Positions 17,507 through 26,967 are shown, counted from the stretch's first letter. The stretch is 44,182 nt of DNA from a virus (IMGVR_UViG_3300032365_000044:1-44182); one strand, 5' to 3'. A program made the numbers and translations. Notes: generated by a model not told the origin, from the letters alone.

Positions 17507-18164
17507 TGTATTCTCCTTTTCTTATGACTTTACGATTAATCACATAACCCTTTATACTAGTTATTAAAATCTTATCATCAATCTTTTGCAGGGTTAGAAT
17601 ATTCTTTGCCACACCAGCCGCAATTTTCTTTTCGCTTTCAGCATAGAAGTTAACATTGAAGATAACAATAATTTTAGTTTTATCGTGAACATCATAGCTA
17701 AAAGAAATAGGCTGTTGAACTAAATACTTTCTTTTGGGCCATCTATCGAAATACTTCTGTTTATCGTTTCTAATATATTGTTTGTCAACAAATCCTGCTT
17801 TAAAATAATCTACAGCATCTGCATATAAGTCCAATTGTTTTTCTAATGATTCTGTTTCTTCCATTGCGAGTTCTTTATCTATAAACTTCTCAGCTTCATC
17901 TTCTGTAATTAATAACTCTTTCTCTGTAATAGACAGTTCAGGGGCTATTAGAGTTGTATTTCCTATAGATGGCTTAATAGGACCTGATGGAGAAATTGGA
18001 GATACCTGTGTTTGAGGTTGAGGCATCAACAATAGAAATAAACCAATCAGCAACATTATTACAACAGCTACTCCAACAATACCTATAATTGACTTTGTTG
18101 TAATTTTCCTATCTTCAAAAGATTCTACTGAACCACTCTCTTTAATTATTTTTCTCGGCTTCAT
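17499..18164 (-). CDS. Single-pass membrane protein with C-terminal NTF2/SnoaL-like domain
   Basis: TM IIGIVGVAVVIMLLIGLFLLL, Pro-rich linker, LYADAVDYF...DKQKYFDRWP.R.Y domain. Confidence 0.65.
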   Translation of the reverse strand: MKPRKIIKESGSVESFEDRKITTKSIIGIVGVAVVIMLLIGLFLLLMPQPQTQVSPISPSGPIKPSIGNTTLIAPELSITEKELLITEDEAEKFIDKELAMEETESLEKQLDLYADAVDYFKAGFVDKQYIRNDKQKYFDRWPKRKYLVQQPISFSYDVHDKTKIIVIFNVNFYAESEKKIAAGVAKNILTLQKIDDKILITSIKGYVINRKVIRKGEYNE

Positions 18165-18167
18165 AAA

Positions 18168-18686
18168 TCACCATTCAATAACCTCGCCACAATTGGGGCA
18201 GTATTTGTTACTGGTTGTGATTGGAGTATTGCATTTTGCACATTCATATTCATCTTCAGTATCAGGAGATGTTAAAGTTGACTGTGACGGTGCAATTGTC
18301 TTTGGTCCGATCTTTTTGCCCTTTGGTGTGCCCTCTCTAATTGGCATTTCCCCGTATTCTCCTCCATGAGTTAAGTCCCCCTGAACTACATAATTTTTGA
18401 TTATTGTAGTTGAAGGTTGGTTTTTATTGGGGTCTGAACATGCCCAAATAAGGGCTATTATCCAACCAATACCTGTCCAACCGGCAAGTACAGTCAAAAT
18501 AGTTATACCCCATTTAGATTGATGACTCCTTGCAAAAGCAATAATAGCGGGAAGCAAAGTTATTACTATTCCCAATAAAAAATATACCCAAATAAATTCT
18601 ATACCCCCTCCCCCATATTGTCCTGAAGGTGGATTCATTACACATGCTGATAACCCCAAAGTTAGTGCTGTTAGAAATTTTTTCAT
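18168..18686 (-). CDS. Superinfection immunity (T4 Imm-like) protein with lipoprotein-like N-terminus and C-terminal Zn ribbon
   Basis: LLPAIIAFARSH...I..L..LAGWTGIGWIIALIWA Imm signature; LSAC lipobox; CAKC...CPNCG. Confidence 0.8.
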   Translation of the reverse strand: MKKFLTALTLGLSACVMNPPSGQYGGGGIEFIWVYFLLGIVITLLPAIIAFARSHQSKWGITILTVLAGWTGIGWIIALIWACSDPNKNQPSTTIIKNYVVQGDLTHGGEYGEMPIREGTPKGKKIGPKTIAPSQSTLTSPDTEDEYECAKCNTPITTSNKYCPNCGEVIEW

Positions 18687-18726
18687 CTCTTTACCTCCTT
18701 TTACGGTCTCACCTTTAAATTTTTCA

Positions 18727-20427
18727 TTATTTTTTCATAGAAATTTTGTAAATCTTTCTCCCATCTGCAAATAAGACAGTGACTCCATCTTTGTACAGTT
18801 TCATGCTGCCCTTAATAACAGGGTCTCGAATGATCTTGACACTATCAGACTTCATACTGTTGTGGAAAATCTCAATCTCATCATTCTCATTGATAGCAAC
18901 ACAAACCCCATTTGACAGAACAACGAAGTTAGGCTCACCCAAACCCACATCCTCAACGATCCTGCACACATAAGACGAATAATCATCACTGAATTTCAAG
19001 ATAAATCGGTCATATCTGCCATTGTTATCAACAGCTTTTATAACACAAACCTGATTTTGCTGTTTTGCATCAATAACTTGATACCCCTGCAATTCCTTCA
19101 CTTGCAAGACACTACAACAAGTCCCGTTCGGTCCTTTGAACGGAATCATCAAATGTGCCTTACCTAAAACATCCTGATAGATACATCCATCAAAAACTTG
19201 AGTAGAATTAGGCATCACATTCCAAGAGTTCTTCACATATATGTAAATTTTATCATTCCACTCATCTACTCCAATTTCTCTAAACTTGTCTCCCCAACGA
19301 CAAAAAATTGTGTTACCAACAACCATTAATTCAGAAGCAGGTAAATCACGTCCAACCTCGCCCTTGAATGTTCTAAAAACCAACTGTCCGTTCTCAATAT
19401 TCACTGTCAATGGAGTAAAAGTCTTCGGAGTAAAGACAAGTCCTTCTGCAACAGAATCATATTCAACCTTATCTATATATACCTTATTGGGTAACACTGC
19501 TATAGAGCTTCCGTTATACGTCCAGTAGTCAAGTATTATCTCTTTATATTCTCTAATAAACTCAATCACAAAATTACCCGTGCTATCAACCACCTTGACT
19601 ACAACAGGAGTAATAACCTGCATGTGAGCCACCAATGGAGGAGGAGTTCTTTTTCCCTTCTCAAACATATCAATAAACCAATTCTTATACTCCACGGGAA
19701 TCAAGTTGAAATCCCGTGTAGCAGCGTTAACAGAGACTTTCGGATTGAAGATAGACACATTGTCTTTCATCCGTCTCTCCATCTCTTGAACTGTATAATT
19801 TGGGTGCATTCCTTTATAAGGGTGCGTTCCCACAAATAATTGACACGCTACAATACCAAATGCAAACCAATCTGTCAATTCAGAAAATCCTTTTGTATGC
19901 CAATCCTTCACACTCGGCATCAATGCTGAAGCAGGAAAATGTGGTGTCTGATAGGAATTTACATCAATAAAATAAGGAATCACAAACTTACCATCCACCA
20001 AAAAGCTCAACTCATTCAGATCAACAATCAAACAATCCTTTTTGTGAATGAACTGAATATCTTTTTGTAGCGTCTCCACCAATTCAAGAATAAGTTTAGG
20101 AGTCACACCATTTTTGTTCCTAAATCCATTAGTAAATAATTTACACAATGGAACTGTATCTAATACCCTACTCATAGTAAATCCGACAACCTGACTTTTA
20201 GCATCTAATACCAAATCCAACGGAATTAGGATATTAGGCTTGGTTTCTAATGATTTCAACTCTATTATTTTATCATATGGTATCATCTTTTTGGGGTCAT
20301 GATAAATCTTATACACAACAGACCCTTTTGCGTAGATAGAACCTTCTCCGCCCGATGCCATATAATCATTAATATCATCAAGGTTAATAGTATTAAGACC
20401 TACTTTTTTCTTGATAAAGATTTTCAT
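18727..20427 (-). CDS. Ser/Thr protein kinase-like protein with long C-terminal beta-rich domain
   Basis: ASGGEGSIY Gly loop, VYKIYH, GFTM, IVDLNELSFLV catalytic loop, IDVNSYQ, DWFAFG, G.HPYKG. Confidence 0.85.
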   Translation of the reverse strand: MKIFIKKKVGLNTINLDDINDYMASGGEGSIYAKGSVVYKIYHDPKKMIPYDKIIELKSLETKPNILIPLDLVLDAKSQVVGFTMSRVLDTVPLCKLFTNGFRNKNGVTPKLILELVETLQKDIQFIHKKDCLIVDLNELSFLVDGKFVIPYFIDVNSYQTPHFPASALMPSVKDWHTKGFSELTDWFAFGIVACQLFVGTHPYKGMHPNYTVQEMERRMKDNVSIFNPKVSVNAATRDFNLIPVEYKNWFIDMFEKGKRTPPPLVAHMQVITPVVVKVVDSTGNFVIEFIREYKEIILDYWTYNGSSIAVLPNKVYIDKVEYDSVAEGLVFTPKTFTPLTVNIENGQLVFRTFKGEVGRDLPASELMVVGNTIFCRWGDKFREIGVDEWNDKIYIYVKNSWNVMPNSTQVFDGCIYQDVLGKAHLMIPFKGPNGTCCSVLQVKELQGYQVIDAKQQNQVCVIKAVDNNGRYDRFILKFSDDYSSYVCRIVEDVGLGEPNFVVLSNGVCVAINENDEIEIFHNSMKSDSVKIIRDPVIKGSMKLYKDGVTVLFADGRKIYKISMKK

Positions 20428-20448
20428 GATATCTCCTAGTATAAAATT

Positions 20449-21270
20449 TTACTCGTTTTCGATCTCCCACAAGAATCCTTGATACTTCAAAAACTCGAAA
20501 CTCGTTTCAGATTGTATCTTATGTCTTGGAATATCTGAATGGCATTTTCGGCACCTGATAGCTGGTTTATTGCCAAATATATTACCCCCATACTCTGATG
20601 CTTTTAAACTATTCAAGAAAACAAGACCATCATGAGTATAGATATAAAACTTTTTAACAGGGTCTAAATACTCTGTTTTATATCCCACCAAAAGTTTACA
20701 ATCCTCAATTGCTGAATGACGGTCAATATCCGTCTTCTTAAATGAATGAAAGTCGTCAGTAGGACAATTTTTGACCTCCAAATAATAAGAAGATTCGTCA
20801 ATATGAATTCTATAATCTGGATCACCACGAACCCCGCTAACAATAATATTACCAGCTGTTTCTATGCCCACATGATCAAATGTTATAACCGACTTGGGGT
20901 TTTGTTTTTCCAAATAGCCAATATATTGTTTTCGTGTATCAGCTTCGTTCTTGGTTGTTTTCCTTATATCACGGAAAAACCTTAAATAAGTTCGGTAGTC
21001 CTTTCTGTGATTGAGTCTTCGGATGTCGTCAGCTGTATAAACCCCCTCATTACGTAATGAAGTAATCCACAAATTAGCGATATCCTCAGCATCTGCCTCA
21101 CTAATTCTCTTTAGGATAAACCAATCAACAACTCGGTTCATTATATCTTCACTCTTTCTTTTTCTCTGCTCGTCTGTTATTCCATCTGCTCTACAGTTAA
21201 ACCACTCCCTAATTTGGGCAAGTCTTTCAGGTCGTACCACGGTCTCTATTGTCTCCTCAATTAGTTTCAT
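20449..21270 (-). CDS. PD-(D/E)XK nuclease-like protein
   Basis: GDPDYRI...YYLEVKN motif preceded by an acidic helix. Confidence 0.55.
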   Translation of the reverse strand: MKLIEETIETVVRPERLAQIREWFNCRADGITDEQRKRKSEDIMNRVVDWFILKRISEADAEDIANLWITSLRNEGVYTADDIRRLNHRKDYRTYLRFFRDIRKTTKNEADTRKQYIGYLEKQNPKSVITFDHVGIETAGNIIVSGVRGDPDYRIHIDESSYYLEVKNCPTDDFHSFKKTDIDRHSAIEDCKLLVGYKTEYLDPVKKFYIYTHDGLVFLNSLKASEYGGNIFGNKPAIRCRKCHSDIPRHKIQSETSFEFLKYQGFLWEIENE

Positions 21271-22075
21271 TTAGAAACACCCCAAGTGAGACATCATCAG
21301 TAGGATAAATTTTCTCTCTACCATAAGCTTCTAAAGCTTTCTTCACTCTCCTTTTAAGAAACTCCCCTGCTGGAATCTTGAAGGCCAAAAGTTCCTTTGC
21401 AACTTCGTTAAGCGATAAACGATTCCCGGTCTTGATATCAGTAAATTGGCAGATTCCATCAGAGCTGATAGCAACCAAAGAAACTTCATCAAGATCAAAC
21501 TCAAACAACAATTCGGAATCCCAACGGCGGGTTTCTGTTCCTTCATCTGACTCTATTGTTATTGCTTCCCCCGCACAAGCTTCCTGAACTATTCTCTCAT
21601 ACTCTGTACGGTTAGTATTGGATAAAAGATAAGATATATAATATGGCATATTCCCATAGAAATCTACCTTGTAATATCTTATTTTGTCGGGGGTGTCTTT
21701 TTTACAATACAAAATAACACCATCGCCATACATATAAACACGTATCTCTCTATCCAAACGCACTGCTGTAATCAAAGTCGCATCCAAACAGTCTCTATTT
21801 AACCCTAAACCAGATACAACTTGATAAGCGTGCCCAATAGTTAGTTGCTTCTTTTCCAAATATGCTACTGCATAAGAAGAAGAAGAATATGACTGTTCGA
21901 TGACACGTCTCATACTGTGTGCTAAAAGACGTGCTCCTACATCAGTATTTCTTGAGGAGGAACACCCATCACACAATATTATATGTGATATCGGACCAGT
22001 TCCTCCTATTACATAGTCTTCACAAATAGTGTGTGTTCTGCCTATAGTAAAAACTGTGTCTGTAATCACTTTCAT
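21257..22075 (-). CDS. PP2C-family protein phosphatase
   Basis: IG.TH..CEDY, LCDGCSS, DATL, GDG, SDG, DDVS. Probable start MKVITD at 22075, directly after the pncB stop. Confidence 0.87.
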   Translation of the reverse strand: MKVITDTVFTIGRTHTICEDYVIGGTGPISHIILCDGCSSSRNTDVGARLLAHSMRRVIEQSYSSSSYAVAYLEKKQLTIGHAYQVVSGLGLNRDCLDATLITAVRLDREIRVYMYGDGVILYCKKDTPDKIRYYKVDFYGNMPYYISYLLSNTNRTEYERIVQEACAGEAITIESDEGTETRRWDSELLFEFDLDEVSLVAISSDGICQFTDIKTGNRLSLNEVAKELLAFKIPAGEFLKRRVKKALEAYGREKIYPTDDVSLGVFLNETN

Positions 22076-22079
22076 ACTA

Positions 22080-23258
22080 TCACCCAATCCAAAACACACG
22101 CTTGAGATAATCAAGGTATTGATCATCATCGCACATGCACTTTCCAACACTATCAGAAATCTTAGCAACAGGCTTCCCGTTACACTTGGTCATCTTTATA
22201 ACAATATCTACGGGAGGAGTTCCTACATCATTTGCTAAATGGTTCCCCATAGCAAATGCCATCTTGAGCTTACCTCTAAACTCTTTCAGAATCTGAATTG
22301 CCCATTTAGTAGTAAGAGAATCACTAAATACACACAGTTTCTGTAATGGGTCTATACCCAAGTTCAGATAGTGATTATATACTAAATAACCCCAACTCAA
22401 AGGGTCGCCGCTGTCCTGTCTGCATCCATTGTATAAATTGGCAAAATACAAGTCAAAATCTCTCAAAAATGCACGAACACCAACAACATCGCTCAAAGCA
22501 ATACCCAACTGCCCTTTATATTCATCCGCCCATTTCTGAAGCATATATTTGACGCTATCCTTGACATTCACAAGGGCTTGGCCTGCCTGCAACCAAGCGT
22601 GGGACATGGTCCCTACACATTCCAACCCAAACTCTTTGGCTAAAGCTACATTAGACGTACCAACAAAATATGGTTTTCCCAATTCTTTTGCCAACGTCTC
22701 AACAACATAACTCTGCCAAATCTTGCTGTACCTACGCCTGCTGCCAAATTCAATAAGTCTAAAATCAGTACCCGCAGCTTTTATTTGATCAATCTTTTCT
22801 GCCAATCGGCGTTTTCCTTCCTTCCATGCCGCTATAGTACCAGCTAAAGGAGCAAAAGCATAGTTGTAAGCTTCCTCCACTATAGCCAAAACTGGAGTCT
22901 CAAACAATACAATATCTCTCCACGGACCTGATATAGAGATATCCAATTTCCCATCAGGGCTATAATCTATCTCTATATTCTCCCTATTAAGTCTGAAATA
23001 TCTCAAAAACTCAATAAATGGTTTCTTGAAGTACGGAAATGTTCTTAAATAAACAAGTTCGTCCTCAGTAAATGTCAACTTACAAAAAAGGTCTACTTGT
23101 TCCTTAATAAAACTTACCTGTTGAGGAGTCCAAACGATATTGGGAGTTTTGCATTTGAATTTGTACTCTGCATGTACAGTCGGGAACTGATGCAGAATAG
23201 CCTGCATTTGAGTCAGTTGATACAGATCGGTGTCTAACAAGCTGGTGATAATAGACAT
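22080..23258 (-). CDS. pncB: Nicotinate phosphoribosyltransferase
   Basis: IITSLLDTDLY, EFGSRRR.S, GTSNV, GTMSH (phospho-His), ALSD, RQDSGDP, FSDSL, IVIKM...NGKPVAKISDS.GK; 392 aa, E. coli PncB-like. Confidence 0.92.
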   Translation of the reverse strand: MSIITSLLDTDLYQLTQMQAILHQFPTVHAEYKFKCKTPNIVWTPQQVSFIKEQVDLFCKLTFTEDELVYLRTFPYFKKPFIEFLRYFRLNRENIEIDYSPDGKLDISISGPWRDIVLFETPVLAIVEEAYNYAFAPLAGTIAAWKEGKRRLAEKIDQIKAAGTDFRLIEFGSRRRYSKIWQSYVVETLAKELGKPYFVGTSNVALAKEFGLECVGTMSHAWLQAGQALVNVKDSVKYMLQKWADEYKGQLGIALSDVVGVRAFLRDFDLYFANLYNGCRQDSGDPLSWGYLVYNHYLNLGIDPLQKLCVFSDSLTTKWAIQILKEFRGKLKMAFAMGNHLANDVGTPPVDIVIKMTKCNGKPVAKISDSVGKCMCDDDQYLDYLKRVFWIG

Positions 23259-23288
23259 TTTGATTTCCTACCTTTCTTTTTTATTTTC

Positions 23289-23828
23289 TTATTGCCATTG
23301 ACCAATCAAGACTTTAGTATCAGTTATAGCATCTCCCAATAGACCAATTACAACTGGGTCAGTCCACCTCAATATTGGATAAGCAACTACAAATACACGC
23401 ACTCCTATTGATTTAGCTAATAGAATTCTATCCAAAATTTCAGCCGGAATTTCACTACCCATATACTCTTCTAAACTTGTATACTCAACTGTACATTGAG
23501 GAAGATGGAAACTAGTATATGAACCACCTGCATCCCTCCTAACAATTCTCTTTCTAAAAACAGTCCTCTTAAATCCACTAACATTAAAGCCACCAGACAT
23601 CTCTTCAATTGAAGAAATAGCATAATCGCATAGGTCCTTGTCGTAACAGTACGCAATTCTTATTTTAGCCACAAACTCATCATAAACTTTTTGTTTAAGT
23701 CTTTTTTGCTCTTCTTCCTCGATTTCTTTGCATCTGAGCAAAGACTTTAAATCCTGGTTTGTCACTGGTGTAAATCCTTCCTTAAGTAGTCTTTGGCCTA
23801 TCGGCAAATCAGAAATAGATGACAACAT
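23289..23828 (-). CDS. Phage hypothetical protein
   Basis: LEEY...IP...DPVVIG...LIGQW pattern; AGGAGG RBS. Confidence 0.7.
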   Translation of the reverse strand: MLSSISDLPIGQRLLKEGFTPVTNQDLKSLLRCKEIEEEEQKRLKQKVYDEFVAKIRIAYCYDKDLCDYAISSIEEMSGGFNVSGFKRTVFRKRIVRRDAGGSYTSFHLPQCTVEYTSLEEYMGSEIPAEILDRILLAKSIGVRVFVVAYPILRWTDPVVIGLLGDAITDTKVLIGQWQ

Positions 23829-23847
23829 AATAATATTCCTCCTTTCT

Positions 23848-24114
23848 TCACCTTTCTTTTTTTGTTTTTTGTTGAAATTTTCCTTCTAACAAACCAAGAT
23901 ACCACATACTAATACAAATAATAAATATCAATGACTCTTGTATTCCCCATCCATATACCCCCATACTCTTAAGCACGAAACGAAGAGCACCTAATAACAA
24001 GAAAAACACTACAGTATATAACCCAAATGGACCTGACTTTGGTATTCGCACTGTCCTACTTCCCAAAATATGGCACTGGTTCTTTTCCATGTAACTCTCT
24101 GATACATTGAACAA
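23848..24114 (-). CDS. Small two-TM membrane protein (true start probably further downstream)
   Basis: Two hydrophobic segments and a basic tail. Confidence 0.5.
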   Translation of the reverse strand: MFNVSESYMEKNQCHILGSRTVRIPKSGPFGLYTVVFFLLLGALRFVLKSMGVYGWGIQESLIFIICISMWYLGLLEGKFQQKTKKER

Positions 24115-24380
24115 TCACCCACCTATAAATATCACATGCAAGCAGGGCTATTGGTATTACTATAACATAATCCAAATGAAAAGTCAACCACTCTACCATA
24201 CTGCCCCTCCCCCTATTTCAGATTCGTCACAGTTTGAACATTCATTATTAGGACCTATAATAGTTATATGAATAGACTCACAAGAACCAACATTAGAAGA
24301 TTTAGTTCCATACTTATCATATTGACTATTATAGATACAATCAGTGTTATAACAAGTCACTATAGGCATTTCACGCCCCT

Positions 24381-24797
24381 TCAGTTAAGCATTTCCTCTC
24401 TGCCTTTCTGCAAAGCTTTGATAAAACCATCAATCTGCTCCACATCACTAAACAAAAAGTCACTCTCCAACTCATATGGCAGCGTTCCACAGAGTAGTAT
24501 CCAAAATACCATTTTGATTCGATTTCTAAATCGTTTGTATAGCCTCTTGAACTTATTAGAATACCAATTAGTATTATAATAATCATCAATATTGAATTTG
24601 AAAGTTGCCGTCAAGGTCAGTTCATCATAGGTACTTGCATTCGTACCGCCTATATCAGAAGGAATCCTATCTTTAGTCTTTTCCATAGTTAGTGTCATAG
24701 TATGGCGGTCATCCTGACAGCTACAGTGAGCTTTATATACTATAGTTTTCTCACCTTGTGAATCTTTCCAATTATATGTTTCTGCTATTCCCCTCAT
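24381..24797 (-). CDS. Hypothetical protein
   Basis: 138 aa, C.C...H motif; ATGA coupling. Confidence 0.65.
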   Translation of the reverse strand: MRGIAETYNWKDSQGEKTIVYKAHCSCQDDRHTMTLTMEKTKDRIPSDIGGTNASTYDELTLTATFKFNIDDYYNTNWYSNKFKRLYKRFRNRIKMVFWILLCGTLPYELESDFLFSDVEQIDGFIKALQKGREEMLN

Positions 24798-25009
24798 TTC
24801 TCCTCCCTAAACGCTTTAGCACAATCTTTTTCTGTTATACCAAAAAGATCAAAAAACTGTCGCAAAGTCAGAGAACCTCCTTCAATACCAACATAAGTGT
24901 CGTAATATCCATAAATATCAAGCCTTTGAGAAGTCTTGAACCACTCAATAGTAATCCCTGAAAATCGCCACTTGTCGTCAGTCAAAGGAAAATCTACTCT
25001 TTTTGGCAT
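24794..25009 (-). CDS. Hypothetical protein
   Basis: 71 aa in tight operon. Confidence 0.6.
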   Translation of the reverse strand: MPKRVDFPLTDDKWRFSGITIEWFKTSQRLDIYGYYDTYVGIEGGSLTLRQFFDLFGITEKDCAKAFREEK

Positions 25010-25020
25010 ATAGTCTTTCC

Positions 25021-25341
25021 TTACTTGATTATCTCATAATCATAGACAATCTTGGTGAAAAATCCTACAGTTGTGCTAACATTAACTGCCTGTCCAGCAG
25101 CCAAATCTAACCACATAATTTTGTCACAGACAACTCTTCTTTCCTTGCCATCAATAAGCAAAATAACTGTATAAAAATCCAAAGCCTCTCTCATAGAGAC
25201 ATCTTTGGTAAATATACGAACTCCTAGTTGATAAATCTTTTCAAGAACAATACCTTCAACAGTCTTCTTCTTTGCAAAAGCTACGTCAGCTAAAAACAAT
25301 CCTCCAGCAGTCGGTGCTATAACAGGCAATAATCCAAGCAT
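25021..25341 (-). CDS. Hypothetical membrane-anchored protein
   Basis: Hydrophobic N-terminus; AGGAGG RBS. Confidence 0.6.
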   Translation of the reverse strand: MLGLLPVIAPTAGGLFLADVAFAKKKTVEGIVLEKIYQLGVRIFTKDVSMREALDFYTVILLIDGKERRVVCDKIMWLDLAAGQAVNVSTTVGFFTKIVYDYEIIK

Positions 25342-25346
25342 TTTAT

Positions 25347-25565
25347 TTATCCTCCTAGTCTCTCATTTTTCTCACTCATAGCCAATTCATACTCTCTATC
25401 CACCCACTGCCTTCCCCACCTCTTTAATCCCCAAAACCAAACCCTTGATGGTTCCACAGCAGGAAATTCTGCTTCTTGACCTCTAATAATAGCAATAAGA
25501 GCATTAAATCTTTCCTCTTCTTTTCTGTGATAAAGCCGAACAGCACAATCTAAAATACTATCCAT
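25347..25565 (-). CDS. Hypothetical protein
   Basis: 72 aa in tight operon. Confidence 0.55.
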   Translation of the reverse strand: MDSILDCAVRLYHRKEEERFNALIAIIRGQEAEFPAVEPSRVWFWGLKRWGRQWVDREYELAMSEKNERLGG

Positions 25566-25570
25566 CTCTT

Positions 25571-26191
25571 TTACGTCATCAACTTATTAACAATAGCTCT
25601 TACAAGCAGAGTATCATAAAAACTGTTGTGACTGAAAAACACCCTAGTAATACTCAATTTCCCTAATAAAGACATCAAATTAGGATTGTCCTGAATATGG
25701 TCTTTGACACACCGTTCCCTTCCTATGTCAGGGTCTATCCCCTTAAGTTTCAACAAAGTACACAAATCAAACGGGATGTAATATATTTTATCAGGAAGAT
25801 TCAAGGACCCACCAAATAATTCACAAAACAATACCCAATCGTAAGCTGGATAATCGCCCCAAATCTCCAATTGATCAAACTGTTCCAACCACTCAGTCAA
25901 AGCAATAGTTATCTCAACAGTATTTCCTCTCATCTGAATACTATTCTTTTCTGTAAGAGGAGTATCCTTGTCAACTCTTGACATACTAAAAAATTCCTGT
26001 TCCCCAGGTTTAGGAGGAGACATTAAAAGATTACCTAAAACATAAAACTTTACCCAATCTGAAAGGTTAGTTTCATCATAATCATTAAACTCTGCATAAA
26101 AGAACCTATCGTCTTCGGTAATCAACGCCAAACTTATGAACTTGGCACTCTGCCTCAAATCTGTAAACTCACAATCTATATAAGCACGCAT
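25571..26191 (-). CDS. DEDDh 3'-5' exonuclease/exoribonuclease (Rv2179c-like)
   Basis: YIDCEFT, ISLAL...FYAE, AYDWVLF..LFG...LP, HN..YD. Confidence 0.85.
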   Translation of the reverse strand: MRAYIDCEFTDLRQSAKFISLALITEDDRFFYAEFNDYDETNLSDWVKFYVLGNLLMSPPKPGEQEFFSMSRVDKDTPLTEKNSIQMRGNTVEITIALTEWLEQFDQLEIWGDYPAYDWVLFCELFGGSLNLPDKIYYIPFDLCTLLKLKGIDPDIGRERCVKDHIQDNPNLMSLLGKLSITRVFFSHNSFYDTLLVRAIVNKLMT

Positions 26192-26202
26192 TGCTGTTCC
26201 TC

Positions 26203-26967
26203 CTAGTTGTCAAAAAAGAATACTAAACGTACATCATCAGGATCACTATCACCTAATGCATCCCTGATAAGACCAAAAAATTCATCACTAATATCTTCTC
26301 TAATTGTCTGTGTCCACTCAACTTGAGTATAAAAAGCAGGAGGTCGGTTACAATCAATAGGAACTATTGCATATGGATACTGTGGTCGTATGATTTCATT
26401 GTTGTAGTTATATTTATCACACAACTCCTTAACATATTCAACACGAGCCTCACTATACTGAATGATTGCCTCCTCTCCTTTTTCATTGACAGGTAGTATA
26501 TCACTACTCTGTTTGACTAACTTTTTCATTTCCTCATTGGTAATTATAACTACATTCCAACCACCCACACCACCAGAATAACCGTCAGGTCTGCCTTCTG
26601 CAAGGTATTGGATAAATCCCTCTTCCCCAACATAACCACGAACTACCATCGGAGAATCCCAAGGATACTCAAGTATCTCTCTAAAAGACACATAGCTGTG
26701 GCTATGCCCATCACCATACCAACTATCGCTTTCAGCTTGCATCGGAGCAGTCACATCTTTCGGCAAACCTCTCGGCTTGGCAATTGGAGTTATAGGGTCT
26801 CCAAGATCGCATCCCGCAAACCCCCAACCATTTCTCACATTAGCCAATGCTGCGAAAAGAGTGTAATTTCTCCGAATATCTAACTCGCCTGCAAACTCCC
26901 AGTACCCGTCTTTGTCCTTTTGCTCAACAAATGCGTGAATATCGCACCCCATTTCATTTCTCCTCAA
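26203..26967 (-). CDS. Phage conserved protein (MGCDIH...FFDN family)
   Basis: MGCDIH, RNY.LF..LA.VRN, RGLP.D, HSHS, RLVFFFDN. Confidence 0.8.
   Translation of the reverse strand: MRRNEMGCDIHAFVEQKDKDGYWEFAGELDIRRNYTLFAALANVRNGWGFAGCDLGDPITPIAKPRGLPKDVTAPMQAESDSWYGDGHSHSYVSFREILEYPWDSPMVVRGYVGEEGFIQYLAEGRPDGYSGGVGGWNVVIITNEEMKKLVKQSSDILPVNEKGEEAIIQYSEARVEYVKELCDKYNYNNEIIRPQYPYAIVPIDCNRPPAFYTQVEWTQTIREDISDEFFGLIRDALGDSDPDDVRLVFFFDN

Noticed and set aside
22080-23258. Calling the PRTase Nampt/Namat (NARP1/NARP2)
   Set aside because: Length and motifs (LLDTDLY, GTMSH, RQDSGDP, VAKISDS.GK) fit PncB; no Prs-like or Nmnat gene is adjacent.
24159-24187. TTGACT-N17-TATAGT promoter-like sequence on the minus strand
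   Set aside because: It lies inside a probable small ORF (MVEWLTFHLDY...) in AT-rich DNA; it may be real but is not supportable.
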